Below are positions 19,304-30,960 of a DNA stretch of 64,000 bases, one piece after another (the first letter of the stretch is position 1; each line of letters starts with the position of its first letter). The stretch comes from Gammaproteobacteria bacterium (GTDB lineage: Bacteria; Pseudomonadota; Gammaproteobacteria; Pseudomonadales; UBA5518), in contig JADIYI010000008.1 in assembly GCA_016705365.1 (NCBI GenBank), positions 767,700 to 831,699 on the forward strand, read 5' to 3'. The notes under the pieces were generated by a model. It saw only the letters and a list, made by a program, of their open reading frames with translations, was not told the origin of the DNA and searched no databases. The translations under genes and the position numbers were made by a program.

Positions 19304-19963
19304 ATGATCGGCATGCGTGCTTTGCTTCTTCTCTCTGCTGCCTTGCTCGGCAACCCGGTTGCTGCCGGCGAAATCGAGGAGTTGCAGGCAAGAGCAAACC
19401 AGGGCGATGCGGTTTCCCAGGCGGAATTGGGTTTGCGATTCGCGGAGGGAGACGGAGTGGAGCAGGAGTTCGGGCAAGCGTTTCATTGGTGGACGCTGGC
19501 CGCGAATCAGGGTGATGCCCTGGCCCAGCGCAACCTGGGAGTGATGTACGCACAGGGCGACCATGTCGCGCAGGATTACACCCGGGCCGTGTACTGGTAC
19601 ACCCTGGCGGCAAATCAGGGCAGCGTGCGCGCCCAGTTCGATCTGGGCGTGATGTACCGCGAGGGCGCCGGCATCCGCCAGGACAATGCTCAGGCGGCCA
19701 ACTGGTTCACGCTGGCCGCCAACGGGGGCAGCGTCGCGGCCCAGTATTACCTTGGCGTGATGTATACCAAGGGTGCGGGTGTCGCGCAGGATTATCGCCA
19801 ATCGTTCATCTGGTGTTCCATTGCCGCGGACAACGGTGATGAAGGTGCGCCGCTATACCGTGATTTTGCCGCGACCAAGCTGGCGCCCGCTGTTCTGGAC
19901 GAAGCGCGGCTCGAAGCCAAAGCGCTACGCGACAGAATTGCGCAGGCGGAGGAGGAGGAATAG
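19304..19963 (+). CDS. Sel1-repeat (SLR/TPR-like) secreted protein
   Basis: A signal peptide followed by about five tandem repeats of the pattern GD..AQ..LG.MY..G.GV.QD...A..W..LAA.QG. Confidence 0.9.
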   Translation: MIGMRALLLLSAALLGNPVAAGEIEELQARANQGDAVSQAELGLRFAEGDGVEQEFGQAFHWWTLAANQGDALAQRNLGVMYAQGDHVAQDYTRAVYWYTLAANQGSVRAQFDLGVMYREGAGIRQDNAQAANWFTLAANGGSVAAQYYLGVMYTKGAGVAQDYRQSFIWCSIAADNGDEGAPLYRDFAATKLAPAVLDEARLEAKALRDRIAQAEEEE

Positions 19964-19976
19964 CGCGGCGCCGGCC

Positions 19977-20627
19977 TCAGATTGACCCGGGCGACGCATC
20001 TGCTTCGCGCGGCAGCAGAAGCGGTGCGGCGATCTCGATCCAGCGTTCGATGACGCGCGCGATATACGCCGGGTCCGCGGTGTACTGCTCCTGTATCACC
20101 AGGCCGCGGATCAGGCACGCGTTCATCACCATCAGCAGATCCACGTCATCCTCGCGGCCGCTCGCGGCCTCGTAGCCGGCGCGTGTCAACGCGGCCGACT
20201 GCTCGTGCCATGTCTGCAACTCCGGAGCGACGCGGATTTTCAGCGCCGGATCAGTGCGCATGCGCACGAGGATTTCGAGCAGCGCGCGAAACTCGTCGGT
20301 GTTGGCGCCTTTCTGCCAGGTGTTCATCAGTTCGCGGGCGCTCGAGCGCGCCGCCCTGGGGCGGCGCGTGTTGCGGATCTGCAGGAAGGTGGCATTGTTC
20401 AGCAGCCAGTTCGCGGTGGCCGCCATCAGGTCTTCCTTGCTCGGAAAATGATGCTGCAGCGCGCCCTTCGATACGCCGGCACGCTCGACCACCCGATTGA
20501 TCGAGGTGTCGGCATAGCCGTGTTCGACCAGGCATTCGGTCACCGCGCGGCAGATCCTGTTGCGCGCGATGGCTCGTTTTTGCTCCTGTTTGCCAGTTGT
20601 CGCGCCGTGCGGCGGTGGTTTGGACAT
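19977..20627 (-). CDS. TetR/AcrR family transcriptional regulator (AtuR-like position)
   Basis: Only the last 216 codons of the 637-aa ORF call look real. HTH block: RAIARNRICRAVTECLVEHGYADTSINRVVERAGVSKGALQHHFPSKEDL. It is divergent from the AtuA-like gene. Confidence 0.88.
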   Translation of the reverse strand: MSKPPPHGATTGKQEQKRAIARNRICRAVTECLVEHGYADTSINRVVERAGVSKGALQHHFPSKEDLMAATANWLLNNATFLQIRNTRRPRAARSSARELMNTWQKGANTDEFRALLEILVRMRTDPALKIRVAPELQTWHEQSAALTRAGYEAASGREDDVDLLMVMNACLIRGLVIQEQYTADPAYIARVIERWIEIAAPLLLPREADASPGSI

Positions 20628-20683
20628 GAGGCGATCCGGGCGTGCCGGTGCGTTGGCTGAAGTGTAGCGACTATAGCATATAA

Positions 20684-20705
20684 AAACAATACGGACGGCT
20701 TGTTT
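20684..20705. promoter_or_regulatory. Inverted repeat AAACAA-N10-TTGTTT in the TetR/AtuA-like divergent intergenic region
   Basis: Seen directly in the sequence. It sits next to an AT-rich TATAGCATATAAAAA stretch. Its role as an operator is inferred from position only. Confidence 0.25.
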
Positions 20706-20765
20706 GCGTGTTGAATGAGTGCTACAAAAGCAATTCGGTGACAGCAGTTTGCGGAGGCGTGGAGC

Positions 20766-22556
20766 ATGGCCGGAAAAACGGTTCGCATCGGTGGCGCCAG
20801 TGGCTTCTGGGGCGATGCGGCGATGGCGACGCCACAGCTGCTCGGTGACGGCAAGCTCGATTACCTCGTATACGATTATCTCGCCGAGATCACCATGTCG
20901 ATCATGGCGCGCGCGCGCGCCAGGGATCCGCAGGCGGGTTATGCGAGCGATTTTGTCAGTGCGGCGATGAAACCGCACCTTGCCGAGATCGCGCGTCAGG
21001 GGGTGAAGGTGATTGCCAACGCGGGCGGCGTGAATCCAGGCGCCTGCGCCGAGGCCTTGCGGGCGCTGATTGCCGCCGCGGGGTTGAAGCTGAAAGTTGC
21101 GGTGGTTTGCGGCGATGAGCTGATCGGGCGCAAACAGGAGATTGCCGCCCGTGGCGCACGGGAAATGTTCTCGGGCGAGGCGTTTCCGGCGCTGAACACG
21201 ATCGCCAGCATCAACGCCTACCTGGGGGCCTTTCCGATTGCCGTGGCCCTGGGTCATGGGGCCGATATCGTCATTACCGGCCGTTGCGTGGACAGCGCCG
21301 TAACGCTCGGGGCCTGTATTCACGAATTCAGCTGGGGGCGTGAAGATCATGACCGGCTCGCCGGTGGCAGTCTCGCCGGCCATATCCTCGAATGCGGTAC
21401 CCAGGCAACGGGTGGCAATTTCACCGACTGGGAGCAGGTGGTCGATACCCTGGCCGACGCCGGCTATCCGATTGTCGAGATCGCACAGGACGGCGAATTC
21501 ATCTGCACCAAGCCGGCTGATACCGGAGGAATGGTGTCGGTCGCAACCGTGGCCGAGCAAATGCTCTACGAGATAGGTGATCCGTGCGCCTATGTGCTGC
21601 CCGATGTGGTGTGCGATTTTTCTGCCGTGCGGATGGAACAGGTGGGCGAAGACCGGGTGCGGGTCAGCAATGCCCGCGGGCGTGGCGCGCCCGCGACGTA
21701 CAAGGTCAGCGCAACATTCACCGATGGCTTTCGTGGCGGCGAGACCTGGACGGTCTACGGGCGCGACGCCGAGCGCAAGGCGCGCAAGATCGCGGATAAC
21801 GCGCTGGCGCGTGCGCGCAAAACGCTGCGCCTGCTGGGCTTGGCGGATTTCGCCGAGACCAGTGTCGAGATCATCGGCGCCGAATCCCATTACGGCGCCT
21901 CACGGCGTGTATTCGGGGCGCGCGAGGTGAATCTCAAGGTCGCCGCGCGTCATGAAAGCGCGGCCGGCATTGGCGTGCTGTTCAAGGAGTTCGTGGGAAC
22001 CGCGCTGGCGGCACCGCCCGGTCTCACCGGGTTCGCGGGCGGCCGCCCGCATCCGTCACCGGTCGTGCGCCTGTTTTCGCTGCTGCTGCCAAAGACCGAG
22101 GTGGAAATACTGGTGGATGTCGAGGGCGATCTGCATGCCTGCAACGACCCGCTGCCCGCGGCCGAGCTTCCCGCGGCGCCGGCACCTGTTCCGTCGCCGC
22201 CGGCTCCCGGTGGCGCGAACGTGGCGGTGGCGCTGGAACGACTCGCCTGGGGGCGCAGTGGCGACAAGGGCAACAACGCGAATATCGGCATCATCGCCCG
22301 CCGGCCCGAATACCTGCCCTATATCTGGGCCGCGTTGAGCATCGAGCGTGTGGCACAGCGTTTTGCCCATTTCCTGCAGGGCGAGGTGGAGCGTTTTTAT
22401 CTCCCGGGTTTGCCGGCGATCAATTTTCTGTTGCACGATGTGCTCGGTGGTGGCGGCATGGCGAGCCTGCGCACCGATCCGCAGGGCAAGGGCTACGCCC
22501 AGTTGCTGCTGGATGAGCCGATCACGATTCCCGTCACGCTTGCGGAGACCCTCTGA
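20766..22556 (+). CDS. AtuA-like protein (acyclic terpene utilisation family, DUF1446)
   Basis: The N-terminus VRIGGASGFWGD....QLL..GKLDYLVYDYLAEITMSI is characteristic of DUF1446. At 596 aa it is similar in length to Pseudomonas AtuA. A Pro/Ala-rich linker precedes the C-terminal domain. Confidence 0.85.
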   Translation: MAGKTVRIGGASGFWGDAAMATPQLLGDGKLDYLVYDYLAEITMSIMARARARDPQAGYASDFVSAAMKPHLAEIARQGVKVIANAGGVNPGACAEALRALIAAAGLKLKVAVVCGDELIGRKQEIAARGAREMFSGEAFPALNTIASINAYLGAFPIAVALGHGADIVITGRCVDSAVTLGACIHEFSWGREDHDRLAGGSLAGHILECGTQATGGNFTDWEQVVDTLADAGYPIVEIAQDGEFICTKPADTGGMVSVATVAEQMLYEIGDPCAYVLPDVVCDFSAVRMEQVGEDRVRVSNARGRGAPATYKVSATFTDGFRGGETWTVYGRDAERKARKIADNALARARKTLRLLGLADFAETSVEIIGAESHYGASRRVFGAREVNLKVAARHESAAGIGVLFKEFVGTALAAPPGLTGFAGGRPHPSPVVRLFSLLLPKTEVEILVDVEGDLHACNDPLPAAELPAAPAPVPSPPAPGGANVAVALERLAWGRSGDKGNNANIGIIARRPEYLPYIWAALSIERVAQRFAHFLQGEVERFYLPGLPAINFLLHDVLGGGGMASLRTDPQGKGYAQLLLDEPITIPVTLAETL

Positions 22557-24178
22557 TGCCCGTTTTCCACAGCAGGATCCTTGCCGGCACGGACAGCTTC
22601 GCCGGCAATCGCCGCGATATGCTGGCGCTGGTCCAGAGGCTGCGCGAATACGAGGCGCGGGCCGTCACGCTGTCGGAGAAGCGCCGCGCACGTTTCGAGC
22701 AGCGCGGCCAGCTCACGCCGCGCGAGCGGCTCGCGCGCCTGCTCGACCCCGGCATGCCGTTCGTCGAGCTCTACAACATGGCCAACTTCCTGGTCGACGA
22801 CCCGAGTCCCGACACCAGTGTGCCTGGCGCGAGCATGATCGGCGGCATCGGTTTCGTGAGCGGTGTGCGTTGCGTGCTCTATGTCGATGACAGTGGCATC
22901 AACGCTGGTGCCGCGACCACCACCTCGGTCACCAAATCACTCGGTGTGCTGGAGCTTGCGCTGCGGCACAAGCTGCCGTTCGTGCACCTCGTGGAGAGTG
23001 CCGGCGCCAACCTCCTGCAGTACACCGTGGAGTTGTGGGCCCATGGCGGAGGCATGTTCTACGGCTTGGCGAAGCTCAGCGCGGCGGGTATTCCGACCCT
23101 GGCGGTGTTGCATGGGCCGTCCACCGCGGGTGGCGCCTACCAGCCCGGCATGAGCGATTACGTGATCGGTGTAAGGAACAACGGCATGGCGGCGCTGGCC
23201 GGTGCCGCGTTGCTCCGCGCCGCGACCGGCGAAGTCGCCGACGATCGCGAACTGGGCGGATCGGAAATGCACGCCAGTGTATCGGGGCTGGTGGAATACC
23301 TGGCCGAGGATGATGCGCACGCTCTGCTGCTCGCGCGCGATCTGCTCGCGCGGCTCGACTGGAACAAGGGCTGCGCGCGGCTTCCCGCGCGCGATTTCAG
23401 GGCGCCGTTGCATGACCCGGATGAAATTGCCGGGCTGGTGCCGGTGGATTACCGCAAGCCCTACGATATGCGCGAACTCGCGGCCCGCCTCGTCGATGGC
23501 TCCGATTTCATCGACTTCAAGCCGCGCTACGGTGCGGCGACGGTGTGTCTGCAGGCCGCGATCTTCGGGCATGCCTGCGGGATCATCGGCAACAACGGAC
23601 CGATCGATCCGGCGGGCGCGACCAAGGTCGCGCAGTTCGTGCAGCTCTGCGAGCAATCACGGCTGCCGCTCGTCTTTCTCAGCAACACCACCGGCTACAT
23701 GGTCGGCACCGAGTACGAACGCGCCGGCATGATCAAGCACGGCTCGAAAATGATCCAGGCGATCTCCAACGCCGATGTGCCGCGCATCACGCTGTATATC
23801 GGAGCCAGCTTCGGTGCTGGCAACTACGGCATGTGCGGCTATGCCTACAAGCCGGATTTCCTGTTTGCGTGGCCCAACGCGATGACCGGGGTGATGGGCG
23901 GCGAGCAGGCGGCCGGCACCATGGAGCAGGTTGCGCGCGTTGGTGCCAGGCGCCGTGGCATCGAGCTCGACGAGCAGGTGCTGGCGCAGCAGCGTGCCGC
24001 GGTGATCGCCCATTACGACCGCCAGTCGGGCGCGTTCTACACCTCGGGCCGTTGCCTCGATCACGGCATCATCGATCCGCGCGATACCCGCAAGGTACTC
24101 GGTTTCGCACTGGATACCTGCTGGGAGGCGCGCCAGCGCAGGCTGCAGCCGAACAGCTTCGGCGTGGCGCGGATGTGA
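22556..24178 (+). CDS. Acyl-CoA carboxylase carboxyltransferase (beta) subunit, AtuC/MccB-like
   Basis: 540 aa. Carboxyl_trans blocks seen: RERLARLLDPG, FVE, GGIG.V.G, GPSTAGGAYQPGMSDY and GASFGAGNYGMCG. Its start overlaps the AtuA-like stop. Confidence 0.9.
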   Translation: MPVFHSRILAGTDSFAGNRRDMLALVQRLREYEARAVTLSEKRRARFEQRGQLTPRERLARLLDPGMPFVELYNMANFLVDDPSPDTSVPGASMIGGIGFVSGVRCVLYVDDSGINAGAATTTSVTKSLGVLELALRHKLPFVHLVESAGANLLQYTVELWAHGGGMFYGLAKLSAAGIPTLAVLHGPSTAGGAYQPGMSDYVIGVRNNGMAALAGAALLRAATGEVADDRELGGSEMHASVSGLVEYLAEDDAHALLLARDLLARLDWNKGCARLPARDFRAPLHDPDEIAGLVPVDYRKPYDMRELAARLVDGSDFIDFKPRYGAATVCLQAAIFGHACGIIGNNGPIDPAGATKVAQFVQLCEQSRLPLVFLSNTTGYMVGTEYERAGMIKHGSKMIQAISNADVPRITLYIGASFGAGNYGMCGYAYKPDFLFAWPNAMTGVMGGEQAAGTMEQVARVGARRRGIELDEQVLAQQRAAVIAHYDRQSGAFYTSGRCLDHGIIDPRDTRKVLGFALDTCWEARQRRLQPNSFGVARM

Positions 24179-24204
24179 GCGGGAAGTTTCAGGGAGATGC
24201 CCAG

Positions 24205-26199
24205 GTGAGCCGGATTCGAAGCATATTGGTTGCCAATCGTGGCGAAATCGCACTGCGCGTGATGCGCACCGCGAAGGCACTCGGTTACCGCACCATTGCC
24301 GTTTATTCCACGGCCGACGCCGATGCGCCGCATGTGCGCGTGGCCGATGATGCGGTGCTGCTCGGCCCGGCGCCGGCGGCACAGTCCTATCTCGATGGCG
24401 GACGCATTCTGCGGGCGGCGGCGCAGACCGGGGCCGATGCGATCCACCCGGGCTATGGCTTCCTGTCGGAGAACGCCGGTTTTGCGCGCGCGGTCGAAGC
24501 CGCCGGCCTGGTGTTCATCGGCCCGAGCGCGGAAGCGATCGACATGATGGGCAACAAGGCGGCGGCCAAACGCCGCATGATCGCGGCCGGTGTCCCCTGC
24601 GTACCAGGGTATGAGGAAGAAGATCAGTCCGCTGCGACCCTGATAGCGGCGGCTGCCGCGATCGGTTACCCGGTCATGGTCAAGGCGGCTGCCGGTGGCG
24701 GAGGCCGTGGCATGCGCCTGGTGCTTGAGTCCGGCGCGCTTCCCGGCGCGCTCGCCAGCGCGCGATCCGAGGCGCTGAACGCCTTCGGATCCGCGGAACT
24801 GATTCTCGAAAAAGCCATCGAATGCCCGCGCCATGTCGAGTTCCAGGTATTTGCCGACAGCCACGGCAACATCCTGCACGTTGGCGAGCGGGACTGCTCG
24901 GTGCAGCGTCGTCATCAGAAGGTGGTCGAGGAAGCACCGTGTCCGGTGCTGGACGATGCGCTGCGTGCGCGCATGGGTGCGGCGGCGGTCGAGGCCGCGC
25001 GCAGCATCGATTACCGCGGCGCCGGCACGGTGGAGTTCCTGCTCGACGAGAGTGGCGCGTTTTATTTCCTCGAGATGAACACCCGGCTACAGGTCGAACA
25101 CCCGGTGACCGAGATGATCACGGGACTCGATCTGGTGGCGCTGCAGATTCGCGTCGCCGAGGGAAAGGCGCTGGGAATCACCCAGGAGCAGGTACGGTTC
25201 TCGGGGCATGCGATCGAGGCGCGGCTCTATGCCGAAGACCCGTCCAGGGATTTTCTCCCGGTCAGCGGCCGGGTGGCGCTGTGGCAACCGGCGAGCGGCG
25301 ATGGCGTGCGCGTCGATGCGGGTATCGCCAGCGGCCAGCTGATCTCGCCGTTCTACGATCCGATGCTCGCGAAGATCATTGCCTGGGGCGAGAGCCGGGA
25401 TATGGCAATCGATCGTCTGGTCGGCGCGCTGAGCGCCTCGCGGCTGTTCGGGCTCGCCACCAACAAGAGCTTTCTGGTCGATATCCTGGAGCGTGAAACT
25501 TTCCGCAGGGGCCAGGCAAGCACGGCATTCATCGATCAGGAATTCGCGGGCGACATCGGCGATGCCGCGGTGCCCGGCCGCGAGGATGCCGCCATTGCCG
25601 CGCTGCTGGAGTTCCTGGCCGGGCGTGACCGGGCGCGGGCAGCGACGCTCGGCTGCCCCGAGGAATTGCTCGATTGGTCATCGCAGGGCACGTCATTCAC
25701 GCACTATCGCTATGCCGCGCAACCACCTTTCGATCTGCGCCTGGTGCCTTCGGGTGGAGGACGCTACCGCGTGCTCCACGGGCAGGACGAGATGCAGCTG
25801 GAGGTGCTCTCGCACAGCGCCGATACGCTCAGCGTGCTGCTCGATGGCCGGCGCGAGTCGGTCGGCTATTTCGGCGAGCAGCCCGGTATCGTGCATCTCG
25901 CGCGCGGGCGGCGCACACTGGTGCTGCGCAACGAGCTGATGTTTGCCGGTATGGCAGAGGAATCATCCGCGGGCGGGCGGGTCAGCGCACCGATGCATGG
26001 CGTGCTGCTCGAGGTGTTCGTGAAACCCGGCGAGCGCGTTGCCAGGGGCACACGTCTGGCGGTGCTCGAGGCGATGAAGATGCAGCACGAACTGCTCTCT
26101 TCGGTGAATGGCGAAGTGCGCGAGGTCGCAGCCACGGCTGGCACGCAGGTGACGGCCGATGATCTGCTGATCGATATCGAGGTGGATGAAGCAACCTGA
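24205..26199 (+). CDS. Biotin carboxylase + biotin-carboxyl-carrier (alpha) subunit, AtuF/MccA-like
   Basis: IRSILVANRGEIALRV, an ATP-grasp core, and the C-terminal biotinyl-lysine motif EAMKMQHE. The GTG at 24205 (RBS AGGGAG 7-8 nt upstream) is preferred. An in-frame GTG at 24175 that overlaps the upstream stop is an alternative. Confidence 0.9.
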   Translation: MSRIRSILVANRGEIALRVMRTAKALGYRTIAVYSTADADAPHVRVADDAVLLGPAPAAQSYLDGGRILRAAAQTGADAIHPGYGFLSENAGFARAVEAAGLVFIGPSAEAIDMMGNKAAAKRRMIAAGVPCVPGYEEEDQSAATLIAAAAAIGYPVMVKAAAGGGGRGMRLVLESGALPGALASARSEALNAFGSAELILEKAIECPRHVEFQVFADSHGNILHVGERDCSVQRRHQKVVEEAPCPVLDDALRARMGAAAVEAARSIDYRGAGTVEFLLDESGAFYFLEMNTRLQVEHPVTEMITGLDLVALQIRVAEGKALGITQEQVRFSGHAIEARLYAEDPSRDFLPVSGRVALWQPASGDGVRVDAGIASGQLISPFYDPMLAKIIAWGESRDMAIDRLVGALSASRLFGLATNKSFLVDILERETFRRGQASTAFIDQEFAGDIGDAAVPGREDAAIAALLEFLAGRDRARAATLGCPEELLDWSSQGTSFTHYRYAAQPPFDLRLVPSGGGRYRVLHGQDEMQLEVLSHSADTLSVLLDGRRESVGYFGEQPGIVHLARGRRTLVLRNELMFAGMAEESSAGGRVSAPMHGVLLEVFVKPGERVARGTRLAVLEAMKMQHELLSSVNGEVREVAATAGTQVTADDLLIDIEVDEAT

Positions 26200-26237
26200 T
26201 GGCGGGGGTTGTGTCCTGAGCGAGTGGGAGAAGCGAC

Positions 26238-28509
<2,272 letters not shown>

Positions 28510-28510
28510 G

Positions 28511-28927
28511 ATGAGCGCGCGGTTCCGCATGGAGGTCTATGACAGCAGGCAACTGGCGTGTGTCGAGGAGGTCTGGCAATTCGTCGGCGAGGACGCCAGC
28601 GGTTGCTTCGGGCTGATGGCGCATCATCAGCGCTTCATGACCGTGCTGGAGAGCGGGCTCGCGCGCTTCCGCCACGGCCTTGACGATGCCGTTGCCGACT
28701 GGGAGTACCTGGCCTTTCCGGGTGCGCTGCTGTCGTTCGAGGACAACGTGCTGAGGATCATTGCACGGCGCTTCTGGCGGCACGCGGATTTTGACCAGAT
28801 CAGCCGCATCCTCGAGGAGCAGATGCTGCGCGACCAGCAGGCCAGCCAGCAGTTGCGCCTGAGCCTTGCAAAGATCGAGGAAAACATGATGTTGCGTATC
28901 TGGGAACTCAAGAAGCACCAGGCATGA
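28511..28927 (+). CDS. atpC: N-type ATPase epsilon subunit
   Basis: 138 aa, starting 1 nt after the atpD stop. The size, position, and beta-sandwich-then-helical layout fit epsilon. Sequence-level recognition is weak. Confidence 0.7.
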   Translation: MSARFRMEVYDSRQLACVEEVWQFVGEDASGCFGLMAHHQRFMTVLESGLARFRHGLDDAVADWEYLAFPGALLSFEDNVLRIIARRFWRHADFDQISRILEEQMLRDQQASQQLRLSLAKIEENMMLRIWELKKHQA

Positions 28928-29211
28928 CCATCGACGAGCGCGAGAAGCAGCAACTGGAGAAGCGCATCGCCAACCAGGCCCGGCGTATCCACCGCGCGCG
29001 TCGCGAGCACAACACGATGCTCGCGGAACTCGCGCACTTCGGCAGCCTGGGCTTTCTGTTCGTGATCCCGGTGGTGATCGGCGCCTATCTCGGCAGCTGG
29101 CTGGATGGCAGGTACACGGGTTTCCAGACCAGCTGGACCGTCAGCCTGATCCTGCTCGGTGTCACGATCGGCATCGGTAATGTATACCTGTTCATCAAGG
29201 ACAAGGACTGA
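28924..29211 (+). CDS. AtpZ/AtpI-family small membrane protein (AtpQ of N-ATPase operons)
   Basis: ATGA overlap with atpC. It has two TM helices with an LGSWLDGRY...W loop, typical of the 'ATPase gene 1' family. Confidence 0.75.
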   Translation: MTIDEREKQQLEKRIANQARRIHRARREHNTMLAELAHFGSLGFLFVIPVVIGAYLGSWLDGRYTGFQTSWTVSLILLGVTIGIGNVYLFIKDKD

Positions 29212-29215
29212 GGCC

Positions 29216-29914
29216 ATGAACAGCGATCTTTTGCACAGGGGCGGCATTGATCTCGGCCTGTTCACGCTGAGCGAGACCGTGCTCGACACCTGGGGACTCA
29301 TGCTGCTGCTGACGGGAGTTTCGTGGCTGGTCACGCGCCGCCTGCAGTTCAACCCGGGGCGCTGGCAGACCGTGCTCGAAGGCGTGGTGAGCGTGGCCTG
29401 CAATGCCATCGAGGGCATGCAACCGGGGCACATCCGCGAACTGATGCCGCTGATCACCACGCTCTGGATCTTCCTGGTTTTCGCCAACCTGATGGGGCTG
29501 GTGCCGGGGCTGCATTCACCCACCGAGGATCTCTCGCTCACCGCCGCGCTGGCGATCATCGTGTTTGTGTCGGTGCACTGGTACGGCATCCGCATCAGCG
29601 GTTTTCGTGCCTACATGCGCCACTACCTTTCACCGACACCGCTGATGCTGCCGTTCCACGTGCTGAGCGAAATCACCCGCACGCTGGCACTGGCGGTGCG
29701 CCTGTTCGGCAACATGATGAGTCTGAGCATGGCGGCGCTGCTGGTGCTGATGGTCGCGGGATTTCTGGCACCGGTTCCGATCCTGATGCTGCATATCGTC
29801 GAGGCGCTGGTACAGGCCTATATTTTCGGCATCCTCGCGCTGATCTATATCGCGAGCGGGCTGCAATCCCAGCAGTCGCGTCTCGAACAACCCGAAGGAG
29901 AAACCCATGAATGA
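29216..29914 (+). CDS. atpB: N-type ATPase a subunit
   Basis: Polytopic membrane protein. The conserved stator Arg context LALAVRLFGNMMS and the C-terminal QAYIF block are present. The start was trimmed to the ATG at 29216. Confidence 0.88.
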   Translation: MNSDLLHRGGIDLGLFTLSETVLDTWGLMLLLTGVSWLVTRRLQFNPGRWQTVLEGVVSVACNAIEGMQPGHIRELMPLITTLWIFLVFANLMGLVPGLHSPTEDLSLTAALAIIVFVSVHWYGIRISGFRAYMRHYLSPTPLMLPFHVLSEITRTLALAVRLFGNMMSLSMAALLVLMVAGFLAPVPILMLHIVEALVQAYIFGILALIYIASGLQSQQSRLEQPEGETHE

Positions 29915-30185
29915 CAGCGTGCTGCTCGTCAGCTGTTTTACCGTTGCCGCGCTGCTGGCCATCGCCATCGGCGTGATCGGCCCCGCGCTGGCGATGGGCA
30001 AGGCCATCAGCCAGGCGCTGGAGGCGCTGGCGCGCCAGCCCGAGGCCGAGAAGTCCATCATGCGCATCCTGTTCATCGGGCTGGCGATGATCGAGTCACT
30101 GGCGATCTATGTGCTGGTCGTGGTGCTGATCGTGCTGTTCCGCAACCCGCTGCTGTCGTTGCTGACTCCGGCGCTGGGTTCCTGA
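29907..30185 (+). CDS. atpE: N-type ATPase c subunit
   Basis: 92-aa hairpin with the ARQPEA loop and the carboxylate in GLAMIESLAIY. It overlaps the atpB stop by 8 nt. Confidence 0.9.
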   Translation: MNDSVLLVSCFTVAALLAIAIGVIGPALAMGKAISQALEALARQPEAEKSIMRILFIGLAMIESLAIYVLVVVLIVLFRNPLLSLLTPALGS

Positions 30186-30213
30186 GCAAGCGCGCAGCCG
30201 AGGGGGGAACGAG

Positions 30214-30960
30214 GTGAACATCGACTGGACGAGTTTCTCGCTGGAGATCATCAACTTCCTGGTGCTCGTCTGGCTGCTCAAGCATTTTCTCTACAAGCCG
30301 GTCATGGACATCATCGGCCGCCGCCAGGCTCTGATTGCGGAGGATCTCGCAAAGGCAGAGCAGGCCCGGCAGGCAGCGGCGCAGATGGTCACGGACTTCG
30401 AGGCGCGCAGCAAGGAGATGGACAGCGAGCGGCTCCGGGCCCGCGAGGAGCTGGGGCAGGAGATCGCAACGTTGCGTATCGCGAAGCTCGAGGCGCTGGA
30501 GGCGGAAATCGCTGCCGAGCGCGACAAGGGCGCGGTGCTGCGCCAGCACGAGAAGAGTGAAATGCTGAGAGCCTGCGAGGAGCAGGCCGTGACCCTGGCT
30601 GCGCGCTTTGCCAGCAGGCTGCTGGAGCGCTTCGCTTCGCCGGCGCTCTGCGATCAACTGGTGGCGCTGGCGATCGAGCAGCTCGCAACCCTGCCCGAGA
30701 CGACCCGGGTGCAGCTCGAGGCAAGCATCGAGCAGCAGCACGCCCCTGTTCGCGTGTGCAGCTCCCATCCGCTCGGCGATGCGATCCGGCAACGACTCGA
30801 AGCCGCGCTCGGGGCACTCACGGGCACGCCGCCACCGGTTGAATACAGCGTGGATCCGGCGTTGATCGCCGGCGTCGCGATCCGCGTCGAGGCGCTGCTG
30901 CTCGACGCCAGCCTCGCCGCCGAACTGAAGCTGTTCGAGGCGAGCGGCGATGCCGTCTGA
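30214..30960 (+). CDS. atpF: N-type ATPase b subunit (long; b/delta-like)
   Basis: GTG start after GAGGGGGGAACGAG. There is a single N-terminal TM helix ([13 protein letters not shown]), then a long Ala/Glu/Arg coiled region and an extra C-terminal domain. The operon has no separate delta gene. Confidence 0.8.
   Translation: MNIDWTSFSLEIINFLVLVWLLKHFLYKPVMDIIGRRQALIAEDLAKAEQARQAAAQMVTDFEARSKEMDSERLRAREELGQEIATLRIAKLEALEAEIAAERDKGAVLRQHEKSEMLRACEEQAVTLAARFASRLLERFASPALCDQLVALAIEQLATLPETTRVQLEASIEQQHAPVRVCSSHPLGDAIRQRLEAALGALTGTPPPVEYSVDPALIAGVAIRVEALLLDASLAAELKLFEASGDAV

Noticed and set aside
19977-21890. 637-aa minus-strand ORF spanning the TetR gene and the antisense of the AtuA-like gene
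   Set aside because: Only the last 216 codons (from the ATG at 20627) look like a TetR regulator. The rest is antisense to a strongly supported plus-strand gene.
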